A stretch of DNA of 64,000 nucleotides from Candidatus Acidiferrales bacterium (GCA_050012455.1 JBEKHD010000017.1:13046-77045); one strand, 5' to 3'; shown: positions 26,943 to 37,200, counted from the stretch's first letter. The notes: generated from the letters alone by a model not told the origin. Program-made: numbers and translations.

Positions 26943-27620
26943 ATGGTATTGGCCGTCGCAGCGCTGTTGCTTCAGTTTCAGTCGTTTGCTCCACCGGCTC
27001 AAGCGGTTGGCGCCCAGGTGCCTGCGATCCACGCAGTCTCTGTCAACTCTTTCAAGGAGAGCGCCCCAGTGAGCTCACAACCAACGATTGCCGCTGAGAA
27101 TGATTATGTCGCGGCGAACAACGAATCATCCTCGACCCGCATGAACCTCGAGGAAGTGCATCTGGTCAGCGCGGATTCCAGGAACCAATTTCCCGGCACG
27201 CTGAAGACGGTAGCGTACGCGACACCCGGCGATTCGCAGTCGTTTTCCACCGTGCGCATTCCCGAAGTTCCCACGAAAGAAAATAGATTCCGGGAAGCGC
27301 TCTCGCAGCCCTCGCGAACCCAATGGCTGGCTCTGGCGCTGTTGCAACATGGCGCTGCGGCTTTTGACGCTTATTCCACGCGGCAGGCGGTAGGGCACGG
27401 AGCGGTGGAAGACAATCCGATGCTGCGGCCGTTCGCCGGATCTCCGGCGATCTACGCAGCCACCCAGGTGGCTCCGCTGCTGTTCGATTTGATGGCGCGG
27501 CACATGCAGCGTAGCGAGTATCCGTTGTTTCGGCGTTGCTGGTGGATGCCGCAAACGATAAGCGCCGGCCTATCGATTTTTTCGGGCGTGCACAATTTGC
27601 ATCTCGCAGGCAAACTGTAG
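26943..27620 (+). CDS. Hypothetical secreted/membrane protein; paralog of 10151..10669
   Basis: AGGAG RBS and a signal-like N-terminus. The C-terminal half has the motifs EDNPMLRPF, IYAATQ and RSE..WWMPQ, shared with the 10151 gene. Confidence 0.6.
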   Translation: MVLAVAALLLQFQSFAPPAQAVGAQVPAIHAVSVNSFKESAPVSSQPTIAAENDYVAANNESSSTRMNLEEVHLVSADSRNQFPGTLKTVAYATPGDSQSFSTVRIPEVPTKENRFREALSQPSRTQWLALALLQHGAAAFDAYSTRQAVGHGAVEDNPMLRPFAGSPAIYAATQVAPLLFDLMARHMQRSEYPLFRRCWWMPQTISAGLSIFSGVHNLHLAGKL

Positions 27621-27679
27621 GTTGAACGGCTCTCGTAGCGTGTGACCCAAAATCTTTCTCTGGCGGGGAAGATTTCGAA

Positions 27680-27720
27680 AAGGCATCCGGCATTCTCCCC
27701 GGGTGCCTTTTTTGTTTTTG
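27680..27720. terminator. Intrinsic terminator (strong on + strand, plausibly bidirectional)
   Basis: 11-13-bp stem AAGGCATCCGG / CCGGGTGCCTT (one G-U pair) with an 8-nt loop. It is followed by TTTTTTGTTTTTG on the + strand and preceded by AAAA, giving a short T-run on the - strand. It sits between convergent genes. Confidence 0.65.
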
Positions 27721-27738
27721 CGTGATCGATTTTCGGGA

Positions 27739-29271
27739 TTACTTCGGTTTGGCTGCGGCAGATTTTGCCGTCGCGCCCACAGGCGCCGCGGCCATTTGTT
27801 TTTCCACCCACTCGACAGCGTGATGCGCAGCTTCCACCGCGCCGCCCACCTCGGAGACTGGTCCCACCGAATCGGTGTTGGCGAAAGCGATGCGTTCGAA
27901 AGGCTGGTTCGCCACGGGAATCACTTTGGTGAAAATTCCCGGCGTGGGCAGAAACATGGGATGCCCGCGGCGAAACATGTGGACCTCGATCGGTTCGGCC
28001 GCGCTGAATTCGGGGTGGAGCTTCTGAAAATCCTGCAGCGCGTGCTCCGCGATTCTCTGGCAGCCGTCCACAGTGAGCAGGCGGTCGCGATGCAATTCTG
28101 AAATCGGCGTGTAGAAAGATAGAATATTATTTTTCTGCACGTAGCCCGGCTGTTTCTGCAGAACCCAGTCAGCGACGATAAAATCGGTGAAGGTGTTGCC
28201 GGGGCACCAAGTATCGTAGGCACGATTGTATACGGGCTTGTCGAAAATCATGTTAATAACGGCGTAGGGGCAGTAGCGGAACGACATCATGGCCTCATGC
28301 TGCGCATCGGGCAGCGATGTAATTAACCGCGCGGTGATAAATTTCGGCGTAGCCATGATCACGTACTTCGCAGCGACGCTGCGCAGCTGGCCCGCTTGTA
28401 CGAAAGTGATGTTCACGCCGGTCTTCTGCGGGTCTACCGAAACGATGGTTGCGTCGCCGAGCATCTGTGCGCCGTACTTGGGTTCAAGCGTCGTCGCCAG
28501 TTGGCGCGCGAGCGCTCCGTTTCCCCCCGGCAAAGTTCTGCGAACGTCTTCGTCAGCGGTCAGATCTTGCATGTCGCCGGCGCCGACCAAGGCCGAGGTG
28601 TCGTCAGAAATCGCTCCCCAGTTGGATAGGCCGTAGGCGTCCCACCACTGCTTGATTTCGGGCGCGTAGCCTTTCAGATAATTCGAAAGCGGTACGGCAT
28701 CGAGCTGTTGCGCGTTCTTGGTGGTATCCAGCGCTTTGATTTCGGCGCGAAATTTCTTGAAGCTTTCGCGCACAGAATCGGAGTAGGGAAGTTGGTCCAA
28801 GCCGTCGCGCCAAGTGTCCGGCACCCACTTCCCGGCGACGATCGTCGGGTCAGGGGAATTGATGGGTAGTTGGATCAGTCCGATCTCGCGGGAAAGTTGC
28901 TCGCTGGGCGAGTCCTTAACATCGAAAGCGGAACCGGCGGCGAACGCCTGGCCCTGATAGTCCTCCAAGTACGCATTCCCGCCCCAGTGCGGTTCTTTTT
29001 CCAGCAGCAGAAAATCCCTCCCGCGCAGAAAGTAGGCGGCGCTCAAGCCGCTGACGCCGCCCCCGACGATCACCACGTCGTGATGGGCCGATACCGCCGG
29101 CTTATCGAACTGCTGGCCGTCGCGTACTTCATGGCAAATTGCGAAATGATCGCCGTCGATTTGCGGCTTGGGCCCGGTTTCGGCATGGAGCAGCGAAAGA
29201 TTTACGGGGCATCCCGCGGCGACCGACCCGGCCACGACAAACTTCAAGAAATCCCTGCGGCTTTCGGTCAT
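27739..29271 (-). CDS. FAD-dependent amine oxidoreductase with twin-arginine (Tat) signal; possibly polyamine oxidase/spermidine-dehydrogenase-like
   Basis: N-terminus MTESRRDFLKFVVAGSVAAGC has the Tat motif S-R-R-x-F-L-K. Dinucleotide fold VVIVGGGVSGLSAAYFL. The start overlaps the potC-like stop (ATGA). Confidence 0.8.
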   Translation of the reverse strand: MTESRRDFLKFVVAGSVAAGCPVNLSLLHAETGPKPQIDGDHFAICHEVRDGQQFDKPAVSAHHDVVIVGGGVSGLSAAYFLRGRDFLLLEKEPHWGGNAYLEDYQGQAFAAGSAFDVKDSPSEQLSREIGLIQLPINSPDPTIVAGKWVPDTWRDGLDQLPYSDSVRESFKKFRAEIKALDTTKNAQQLDAVPLSNYLKGYAPEIKQWWDAYGLSNWGAISDDTSALVGAGDMQDLTADEDVRRTLPGGNGALARQLATTLEPKYGAQMLGDATIVSVDPQKTGVNITFVQAGQLRSVAAKYVIMATPKFITARLITSLPDAQHEAMMSFRYCPYAVINMIFDKPVYNRAYDTWCPGNTFTDFIVADWVLQKQPGYVQKNNILSFYTPISELHRDRLLTVDGCQRIAEHALQDFQKLHPEFSAAEPIEVHMFRRGHPMFLPTPGIFTKVIPVANQPFERIAFANTDSVGPVSEVGGAVEAAHHAVEWVEKQMAAAPVGATAKSAAAKPK

Positions 29272-30113
29272 GCGGTTTCTCCTTCGATCGAAGCGGGAGC
29301 CAGCGGCACGGCGGATTCTTGCGCGCTTTGCAAACGAGTTCTCAGGCGATACCAGAGCAAAATCATGCCGATGGAAAAGACCAGGATTAGCGTGGAAATC
29401 GCATTGATTTCGGGCGTGATGCCGCGGCGCAGGCGCGACCAGATTTCCAGGGGCAGGGTGTTCGAGCGTCCAATCAGGAAAAAACTGACCGCGATTTCAT
29501 CGAGCGACAGCGTGAAGATCAGCAAGGCCGCGGCGATCAGCGAGACACGCAGATTGGGCAGCGTCACGCGCCGGAAAGTCTTCCAATGATTTGCGCCCAG
29601 ATCGAGCGAAGCCTCTTCCTGCGCGCGCTCCAATTTCTGCAGGCCGGCGAAGATTTCCGTGGTGGCCACCGAGATCAAAGCCGTGCCATGGCCCAGGGTG
29701 ATCGTAACCAGGCTGAGTTTCATGCCGACGGCTACGAATAGCATCAAGAGCGATAGGCCGGTGATGATGCCGGGAAGAATCAGTGGAAGCAGGACTAATC
29801 GGCGGAAGAGCGCCTTGCCGGGAAAATCCGTGCGGTCCAGCGCTAGCGCGGCCGGCAAACCTAATCCGAGTGCGAGCGCGACGGCCACCGCGGCAACGAT
29901 CACGCTGTTCAGTACGGCATCCCATAGCGCGGCGTCCCGGAAAAGTTGGCGATACCAGTCGAGCGTCCAATTCGCGGGAGGGAATCCGCCGACGCCGGAC
30001 CCGTTAAAGGAATAAACGACGAGCACGATGATGGGAAAATACAGGAACGCATAAACCAGGAACGCGTACGCGGCCAGCAGCGGCGCGCGGCGGGACTGGA
30101 ATCCACCGTTCAT
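29268..30113 (-). CDS. potC: ABC transporter permease (PotC-like)
   Basis: 6-TM binding-protein-dependent permease with an EAA-type loop (EEASLDLGANHWKTFRRVTLP). 4-nt overlaps with both neighbours. Confidence 0.8.
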   Translation of the reverse strand: MNGGFQSRRAPLLAAYAFLVYAFLYFPIIVLVVYSFNGSGVGGFPPANWTLDWYRQLFRDAALWDAVLNSVIVAAVAVALALGLGLPAALALDRTDFPGKALFRRLVLLPLILPGIITGLSLLMLFVAVGMKLSLVTITLGHGTALISVATTEIFAGLQKLERAQEEASLDLGANHWKTFRRVTLPNLRVSLIAAALLIFTLSLDEIAVSFFLIGRSNTLPLEIWSRLRRGITPEINAISTLILVFSIGMILLWYRLRTRLQSAQESAVPLAPASIEGETA

Positions 30114-30958
30114 TCGACGGCCAGCCTTTTTTCGATGCGCTCGGTGATGAAGAGCAAAGCGACCACCAGCAGCATCATGCAGAAAGAAATCGCGGCGCCC
30201 AGCGGCCAGTCATATGCGGCGCCGAACAAGGTCACCACCACATTCGAAATCATGATTCCGCTGGCTCCGCCCACCAGCAGCGGCGCGAGAAAGTCTCCGA
30301 GCGTGAGCACGAAGGCAAAGGTGGCGCCGGCGAGTACTCCGGGAAGAGAGAGCGGCAGGATCACGCGGCGAAATGTGGACCACGGCGAAGAGCCCAAGTC
30401 GTGCGAGGCTTCCACCAGATTGCGGGGAATATGTTCGAGCGATGCGTAAATCGGCAGCAGCGTGAAGGGCGTGTAGATGTGCGTCAATGTAATGATTACC
30501 GCGAACGGGCTGTACAGAAAAAACTCCACTGGTTTGTGCGTGATGTGCAGATATTGGAGTAATCCGTTCAACACGCCATCGCTGCCCAGGATCGTCTTCC
30601 ACGCGTATCCGCGAACCAGGTAGCTAGCCCACAGCGGAATGATCACTAGTTGGTAGAGCAAGTCCTTGCGTTTCGCCGCGTGGAACGAAAGGTAGTAGGC
30701 CAGCGGATAGCCGAGCAGGAGCGCAAATATCGTGACGGAAGCCGCGATGCGCATCGAGCGGAACAGGACCTGCAGATAGATCGGATTGCGCGCGAGCTGC
30801 AGATAATTCTGCAGATTCCAATGGTGCACGATCACTTGCGCGGAAGAGACGGACCAGAAGCTGTAGCAAAAAAGAATTGCGTACGGCACCAGCAGGAAAA
30901 TAGTGACCCACAGGAGCGGGGGAATCGTCACACCGGCTTTGTACGCGCGCGAGTACAT
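30110..30958 (-). CDS. potB: ABC transporter permease (PotB-like)
   Basis: The start is taken at MYSRAYKAG (30958), 2 nt after the ATPase stop; the ORF track N-extension is Arg-rich junk. EAA loop EASHDLGSSPWSTFRRVILP. Confidence 0.8.
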   Translation of the reverse strand: MYSRAYKAGVTIPPLLWVTIFLLVPYAILFCYSFWSVSSAQVIVHHWNLQNYLQLARNPIYLQVLFRSMRIAASVTIFALLLGYPLAYYLSFHAAKRKDLLYQLVIIPLWASYLVRGYAWKTILGSDGVLNGLLQYLHITHKPVEFFLYSPFAVIITLTHIYTPFTLLPIYASLEHIPRNLVEASHDLGSSPWSTFRRVILPLSLPGVLAGATFAFVLTLGDFLAPLLVGGASGIMISNVVVTLFGAAYDWPLGAAISFCMMLLVVALLFITERIEKRLAVE

Positions 30959-30960
30959 GG

Positions 30961-32076
30961 CTAGTCCGGCTCTTTTTCGCTGACGCGGATGGCATCGGTC
31001 GCAGCAAACTCGAATTCGCGCTCGCCGCTGAGGATGCCGGGATTGGCGATGCGCGCGCGGACGGTGTGGGGTCCGCCGCAATCAATTTCGATCAAATCCA
31101 TCGCGCCACCGAAAGACTGGTTGCGGATGCGTCCGCGGAAACGGGCGGTGGAATCGACGGCAAACGCCGTCCCGGCGGATTCCGCGACCAGGCGAATGCA
31201 TTCCGGGCGCAGCGAATATGTAGCCGGGCCGGAGGCTTCGGAAGTGGGCCACACAATTGAGCCGGCCGTGGCGACTCCGTCGCGCACTTCGGCGCGCAGC
31301 AGGTTCGTCTGGCCGATGAATTGCGCGGCGTAGGCGGTCTCCGGTTCGCCGTAGATTTCGCGCGGCGGCGCCACCTGCTCCAGCAGTCCCGTGCGGAGCA
31401 AAGCCACGCGATCGGAAAGCGCCATCGCCTCTTCCTGGTCGTGCGTCACAAAAATGAACGTAATGCCCACTTCGCGCTGCAGCGATTTCAGCTCCACTTG
31501 CATTTGGCGGCGCAAATTGGCGTCGAGCGCCGAAAGCGGCTCATCGAGCAGCAGCACACGCGGGCGATTCACCAGCGCGCGCGCCAAGGCTACGCGCTGC
31601 TGCTGCCCGCCGCTCAGTTTCGCAGGAGCCGCTTGCGCGAATTCGCTCATTTTCACCATCGCCAGGGCCTGCGTGACGCGCTCAGGAATCTCAGCTTTCG
31701 CGGTATTTTTCGCGCGCAGGCCGTAAGCCACATTTTCGAATACGGAAAGGTGCGGAAAAATCGCGTAGCTCTGAAAAACAGTGTTCACCTGGCGGCGATG
31801 CGCGGGAATCCGGTCCAAGCGCTCGGCTCCCATCCAGATTTCGCCGCTATCTAAATCCTCGAAACCGGCTATGAGCCGCAGCAGGGTAGTCTTGCCCGAA
31901 CCGCTCTCGCCAAGAATGGTGAGAAATTCGCCGCTGGCTACGTCCAGGCTGATGCCGCGAAGTACGGGGCGCTGCCCGAAACGTTTGATAACCTGGCGAA
32001 CGGAAAGGATCGGCGCGGCAGGCGGCGCCGCCGCGGCTGTACCGGTCGCAACCGCGTTAGAAGCCGGTTTCGTCAC
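30961..32076 (-). CDS. potA: ABC transporter ATP-binding protein (PotA-like, with C-terminal TOBE-type domain)
   Basis: Walker A GESGSGKTT, signature LSGGQQQRVALARAL, Walker B LLLDEPLSALD. The GTG start overlaps the potD-like stop. Confidence 0.88.
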   Translation of the reverse strand: MTKPASNAVATGTAAAAPPAAPILSVRQVIKRFGQRPVLRGISLDVASGEFLTILGESGSGKTTLLRLIAGFEDLDSGEIWMGAERLDRIPAHRRQVNTVFQSYAIFPHLSVFENVAYGLRAKNTAKAEIPERVTQALAMVKMSEFAQAAPAKLSGGQQQRVALARALVNRPRVLLLDEPLSALDANLRRQMQVELKSLQREVGITFIFVTHDQEEAMALSDRVALLRTGLLEQVAPPREIYGEPETAYAAQFIGQTNLLRAEVRDGVATAGSIVWPTSEASGPATYSLRPECIRLVAESAGTAFAVDSTARFRGRIRNQSFGGAMDLIEIDCGGPHTVRARIANPGILSGEREFEFAATDAIRVSEKEPD

Positions 32077-33245
32077 TGCGCCGCCTTCACTTCGTTCCAG
32101 ATTTCGTTGTACTTGTCGCGGCGCGGCACATTTTGCCAGAAATAAATACGCGTCATGTATTCGTCCACATTGTCCAGGTGCAGGGATTTTTTCTGCTCGT
32201 CGGTCATGAATTCCGCCGCGTGCGGATTGGCGGGATCGTAGCCGGTTACGTCGGTCACCATTTTTTGGGTTTTCGCTTCGATCATGTATTCCAGAAATTC
32301 CGCGGCGAGGTCCTTGTGCTCGCTCGCCGTGGTGATCATCAGGTGGTCAATCCATCCTGTGGTGTTTTCCTGGGGGATGGTTTCGGCGATGGGGAATTTG
32401 GCCGCGCGCAGCTGGTTGGTAGTAAGCGGCCAGCCCATGGCGGCCACGATTTCGTGATTTTCAAACAGGTTCGTCAGCTCGCCGCCCGTGGACCAGAACT
32501 TGCGAATGTTCGGCTTCAGGTCAATCAACTTTTTGCGGACGTTCTCTAGTTCCGCGTCGCTCAGGTTGTAGACGTGATTGGGATCCGGCTTGTCGTATCC
32601 CAGAACTTGCGCGGCCATGTAAATTGTCGAAAGCTCATCCCACGCGGAAATCTTGCCCTTGAGCTTCGAGTCCCACAGTACGGTCCAACTCTCGGGCGGC
32701 TTCGTGAAATATGTGGTGTCGTAGAGCAGGGGATTCGGGCCCCAAGTAAACGGCACGCCGTAGACGTTGCCATTCACGCGCACCAGCGGCATGCTGCGCA
32801 GCCGTTCCGATAGCTGGGCGTATGCAGGCAGCTTCGCAAGATCGAGCGGCGCGGCTAGACCGGCGGAGGCGATCATGGTCGCGACGTCGCTCGACGGTGA
32901 GATCACGTCGTAATTGCTGGCGCTGCCTCCGCGAAGCTTGGCGACCAGTTCGTCGCTCGAGCCCATGTAGGAAGCGCTGACTTTGCAATGATGCGATTCT
33001 TCGAACGCGTGCAGGTAGGAGGGATCAGCGTATCCCTCCCAGACCAGCAGGCTGAGGCCGGGCGTCTGCTTGGCGCAACCGCCGGCCGCGAAGACGACCG
33101 CCACTGCGACGACGGCTAGAAACAAGGCTGCTCGGTTGCGAATGCTGTAGGTCACTGGTGCGCTCCCGCTGGCGCGCTCAATTTGCCGGAGACAACGACG
33201 GCGCCACGATTCAATGTTTGAATGAGCTGCCAAAGTTTTTTGCAT
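32073..33245 (-). CDS. potD: Periplasmic/lipoprotein solute-binding protein (PotD/PotF-like polyamine-binding family)
   Basis: Lipobox-like VFAAGGCAK. It has the SBP family-1 architecture and PotD-like length. The substrate assignment comes from context only. Confidence 0.75.
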   Translation of the reverse strand: MQKTLAAHSNIESWRRRCLRQIERASGSAPVTYSIRNRAALFLAVVAVAVVFAAGGCAKQTPGLSLLVWEGYADPSYLHAFEESHHCKVSASYMGSSDELVAKLRGGSASNYDVISPSSDVATMIASAGLAAPLDLAKLPAYAQLSERLRSMPLVRVNGNVYGVPFTWGPNPLLYDTTYFTKPPESWTVLWDSKLKGKISAWDELSTIYMAAQVLGYDKPDPNHVYNLSDAELENVRKKLIDLKPNIRKFWSTGGELTNLFENHEIVAAMGWPLTTNQLRAAKFPIAETIPQENTTGWIDHLMITTASEHKDLAAEFLEYMIEAKTQKMVTDVTGYDPANPHAAEFMTDEQKKSLHLDNVDEYMTRIYFWQNVPRRDKYNEIWNEVKAAQ

Positions 33246-33259
33246 CCGCCGCGCGCATG

Positions 33260-34096
33260 CTAGAAAGTTGGCGGCGTGTTAATCCACAGCACCAGCGTTT
33301 CCTTCTTGCCCGGATTCTTCCAGCGATGAGCGTTGTTGCTCTCGAAATAAAAACTGTCACCTTCCTGCAGCAGGTGCAGCTCGCCATCGGCCAGAGAAAT
33401 CTCCAGCGCGCCCTTCAGAATGAAGAGAAATTCCTCGCCGTCGTGCGCATACGATTCTCCGCTGCCGCTAGAAGGCGCGACGCGAAATAGATGCGGCTCC
33501 ATTAAAGTGTTGCCCCACGCGAGCAACTCCATTCGCACGCCCGGACCGGCATCAAGCACTTTGCGGTCCGCAGGTCGCACGCGGCCGGGGTTAGAATTGG
33601 ATGGATCGAACAAAGCGAGAATATTCATGCGATAAAATCGTGCGATACGCCGCAAAGTAGCCACAGATGCGGTCATTTGCGCACGCTCCAAAGCGCTGAG
33701 AAATCCGACAGACACGCCCGCGGCGCGCGCCACTTTGGAAAGTGAATAACCGTGGCGCAAACGCATTCGTCGCAGACGCGGTCCAATCGGGTCGGCCTTG
33801 GGTCGCGCGCCCGCGCGAGGCAGCACCCCCTCGCGCTTCAGCAGATGCACGATAGCCGGAGCATTCAGGCCGCGCACGCGGCGCAAATATTGCGCGCGTT
33901 TCAGCAGGCGCACATCCGCTTGCGTGTAGAGCCGATATTGACTACGAGTTCTGTGAGGCGTCACCAGTCCAAGATTTTCCCACGTGCGCAAGATCGACGG
34001 AGAGACTCCGACGCTGCGCGCGACGTCGCTGATGCGCAAGAATTCCTGGGTCCGCGCAGTCTTTGCCGGGCGCGTCGGAGTGCGAGTGCTCGCCAA
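33260..34096 (-). CDS. Three-domain transcriptional regulator: MerR-type HTH + XRE-type HTH + cupin (PuuR-like C-terminal two-thirds)
   Basis: aa ~20-90 LRISDVARSVGVSPSILRTWENLGLVTPHRTRSQYRLYTQADVRLLKRAQYLR is a MerR HTH. aa ~105-165 IGPRLRRMRLRHGYSLSKVARAAGVSVGFLSALERAQ is an XRE HTH. The C-terminus HDGEEFLFILKGALE...GDSFYFESNNAHRWKN is a cupin_2 domain. Confidence 0.85.
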   Translation of the reverse strand: MASTRTPTRPAKTARTQEFLRISDVARSVGVSPSILRTWENLGLVTPHRTRSQYRLYTQADVRLLKRAQYLRRVRGLNAPAIVHLLKREGVLPRAGARPKADPIGPRLRRMRLRHGYSLSKVARAAGVSVGFLSALERAQMTASVATLRRIARFYRMNILALFDPSNSNPGRVRPADRKVLDAGPGVRMELLAWGNTLMEPHLFRVAPSSGSGESYAHDGEEFLFILKGALEISLADGELHLLQEGDSFYFESNNAHRWKNPGKKETLVLWINTPPTF

Positions 34097-34107
34097 ACCA
34101 GTTTCCC

Positions 34108-34136
34108 CTTGACAACCCGCTGGCCTTCTTCTAACG
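34108..34136 (+). promoter_or_regulatory. Candidate sigma70-type promoter for the outer-membrane protein gene
   Basis: TTGACA (34108-34113), a 17-nt spacer, then TAACGT (34131-34136), about 100 nt upstream of the ATG at 34240. The -10 element is weak. Confidence 0.25.
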
Positions 34137-34239
34137 TTCCCGGATTATAGTAAGGTTTTTTCTCAAGCTGCAACCGAAAAACTCAAAGTGAGGCGCCGGG
34201 GGGTCGGGGGTGGCGCCAGCTTTTTTCAAAGGAGCGGCG

Positions 34240-37200
34240 ATGAAAACGACGGGCCGGTTAGGGGTGTACCTATTGGCGTTGGTGGGGCTGTTCTGTTGCG
34301 GCACAGCGTGGGGACAAACAAACGGCTCGATTCGCGGAATCGTCAACGACCCATCCGGCGCGGTGGTCCCGGGAGCGACGGTCACCGCAACGCTGAGCGG
34401 CACGGATTCGCAACGGTCGGTCACCTCCGATAAAGACGGCGCGTTCGACATTCCCGAATTGGCAGTCGGAAGTTACGAAGTGGTAGCGGATGCCCAGGGT
34501 TTCAAGAAATTCGTCGCCAAGGATGTGGTGATATCCATTGGCCACGTAAACTTCCTCACTATCACGCTGCAAATCGGAAGAGCGAACGATACCGTCACGG
34601 TAGAGGCCAATGCCGTGCAGGTGGAAACCACCAGCACGCAACTCGGCGCGGTGATGACTGACACTTCTATCCGCGAACTTCCTCTGAATTCCCGGAACGC
34701 ATACGCGCTGCTGCAACTGCAACCGGGCGTGCAATCGCAGCTCGGGGCCGACCTCTTCGCAGGCAGCGATAATCCGGGCGTGGTGTCTGTGAATGGAGGC
34801 CGTGGCCGCGCGAACAATTACATGGTGAACGGCGGCGACGGTAACGACATCTTCGTGAACGCGCCGGCGATTCAGCCGTCACCCGATGCTATTGAAGAAT
34901 TTCGCGTACTCACCAATACGTTTGACGCCGAATACGGCCGGAATTCCGGTTCGGTCGTCAACGTTGTTACCAAGTCCGGGACCAACAGCATCCACGGCGA
35001 TTTCTACGATTTTTTGCGCAACGACGCCCTCAACACACGCGGGTATTTCGACAATACCATCGCGCCTTACAAACAAAATCAGTTCGGAGCGACGCTGGGC
35101 GGTCCGATTAAGAAGGACAGCACTTTCATATTCGGCTCGTACGAAGGTAACCGCCTACATCAAGGCATCTCGACGGGTACGGTGCTGCTGCCGACAACCG
35201 CCGAGGCGGGCGGCGATTTTTCAGAGGGCGGACAGGCGCAGCCCTTTCAAGGCGCCATCGCGGATCAGACCTTCGCTACCCTGCTTAATAGTCGCCCAGG
35301 TTGCAGCGCAGCAGTCCTGGCCCAGAGCGGTCAGGTAATCGCGGTCGGAAGCAGCTACGGTACGACTTCAAGCGGGCCCGGGATCTTTACCAACGTCGCG
35401 GCCAATAAAGAAGGGCAGATTCCCACGCAATGCTTCGACCCCACGGCGGAAGCTCTCTACAACAAGTACATCGCGCCGCTGGGAACCGGCAGCTACTCGG
35501 CCGTTCCGCTCGAACTGGTGAACAACAACCAGTTTACGGTGCGCTTCGATCACAAGATTACGGCCAATCAACAATTCACCGCCTACTATTATTTTGAGAA
35601 CGACGCCAGCACGGCTCCGATATCTTCCTTCCAGGGCGCCGGAGGCAACATTCCCGGTTTCGGATCGCTTTTCGGCACGCGGGTCCAGCAGTGGAACCTG
35701 AGTCACACCTGGACCATCAGCCCCACCGCCGTGAACGAATTTCGCTTCAACTATTTCCGTGAAGGTCAGCAAACGAATAATCACCCAGTGAATACGCTCC
35801 AGACCGTTCAGCAATCTTGCGGTGCTGCCATTCCCGCAGCGAACTGTTTTAGCGATCCCGGCGACATTCCGGCCGGCATCACCACCGATCTTCCGGGGCA
35901 TGTGGGTGTGCCATACATCAATGTTTCCGGTGGGTTCGCGATGGGCAACAATTTCGAAGGCGAGCTCCCACAAACCGGAAATACTTTTCAATGGACGGAC
36001 AACTACACCAAGATTTTCGGCAAGCACACCACGAAATTCGGGGTGGATGTCCGCCGCCAGCGGTTCGATCAGTTTCTCTACTACGATGTGAGCGGAGAAT
36101 TTAATTTCACTAGTGCCAACAATGCCGATCAGATCCTTTCCGACCCCACTTTCCCTTCCTATCCAAATTATTTTCTGGGCGCGCCCGAGACCTATTCGCA
36201 AGGCGCGGCCCAGCGCGAAGACCTGCGCAACACCTCGCTCTATCTCTTCGCCCAGGACAGTTACAAGCTGAAGTCCAATTTGACCCTGAATTACGGACTG
36301 CGCTGGGAACTCAATACTCCTTATTTCGATACTGGAAATCGCCTGCAGACGTTTCGCCCGGGTGAAGCCACCACGCAATATCCTTGTTGGCTTTCGGCGG
36401 CGAACGCGGCCGCCCTGGGACTGACTCCGGGTGATTGCGGAGAGAACAGCGGCGCCAACAATGCGGTCTTCCCGCTCGGCCTGGTGTTTCCCGGCGATAA
36501 GGGCGTTCCGCGGGGGCTCACCTCCACTTACTACAAAGGCTTCGCTCCGCGCATTGGACTGGCCTGGAGTCCTAGCGCCACCGATGGATGGCTAGCGAAA
36601 TTGACGGGCGGCCCCGGCAATTTTAGCATCCGCGCAGGCTTTGGCCTGTTCTACAATCCGATCGAACAGCTGGTGTTGGAACAGTTCAGCGCAGAGCCAC
36701 CCTTTGGCGGCAGTTCGTTCGTGTCGAATCCGCAATTCAATCTTCCATACCTTTCCCAAAGCGGGGTGCAGACTCCCAACCCATTCACCGGCGTGATCAA
36801 TCAAACGCCGCAGACGCCGTGCGCGGTGGATCCCGGCGGTCCTCCGGGATGCGTGGACTGGTCGAATTTTCGCAGCTCCATTTATTACGGCGAGTTCCAA
36901 CCGAATCTGAAATCTCAGTATGCCGAACAGTACAACCTCACCATCGAGCGCCAGTTGTCGAAAGATATGCTGCTGCGCGTTTCCTACGTCGGAACGCAAG
37001 CGCACCATCTATTGGCGTCCTACGACCTGAACTACGGCCACGCGGAAACTTGCTTAGGTTTGGACAATCTCCCCGTAGGAAGCGTGTCATCTTTTCCGGG
37101 TGGGCCGACCTCGCCCGCCGGTACCCCGCCGTGCGGACCGTTCGGATCGGACGCGGAATACTTCATTCAGCCCGGTACGGTCATTCCAACGTACACGGCC

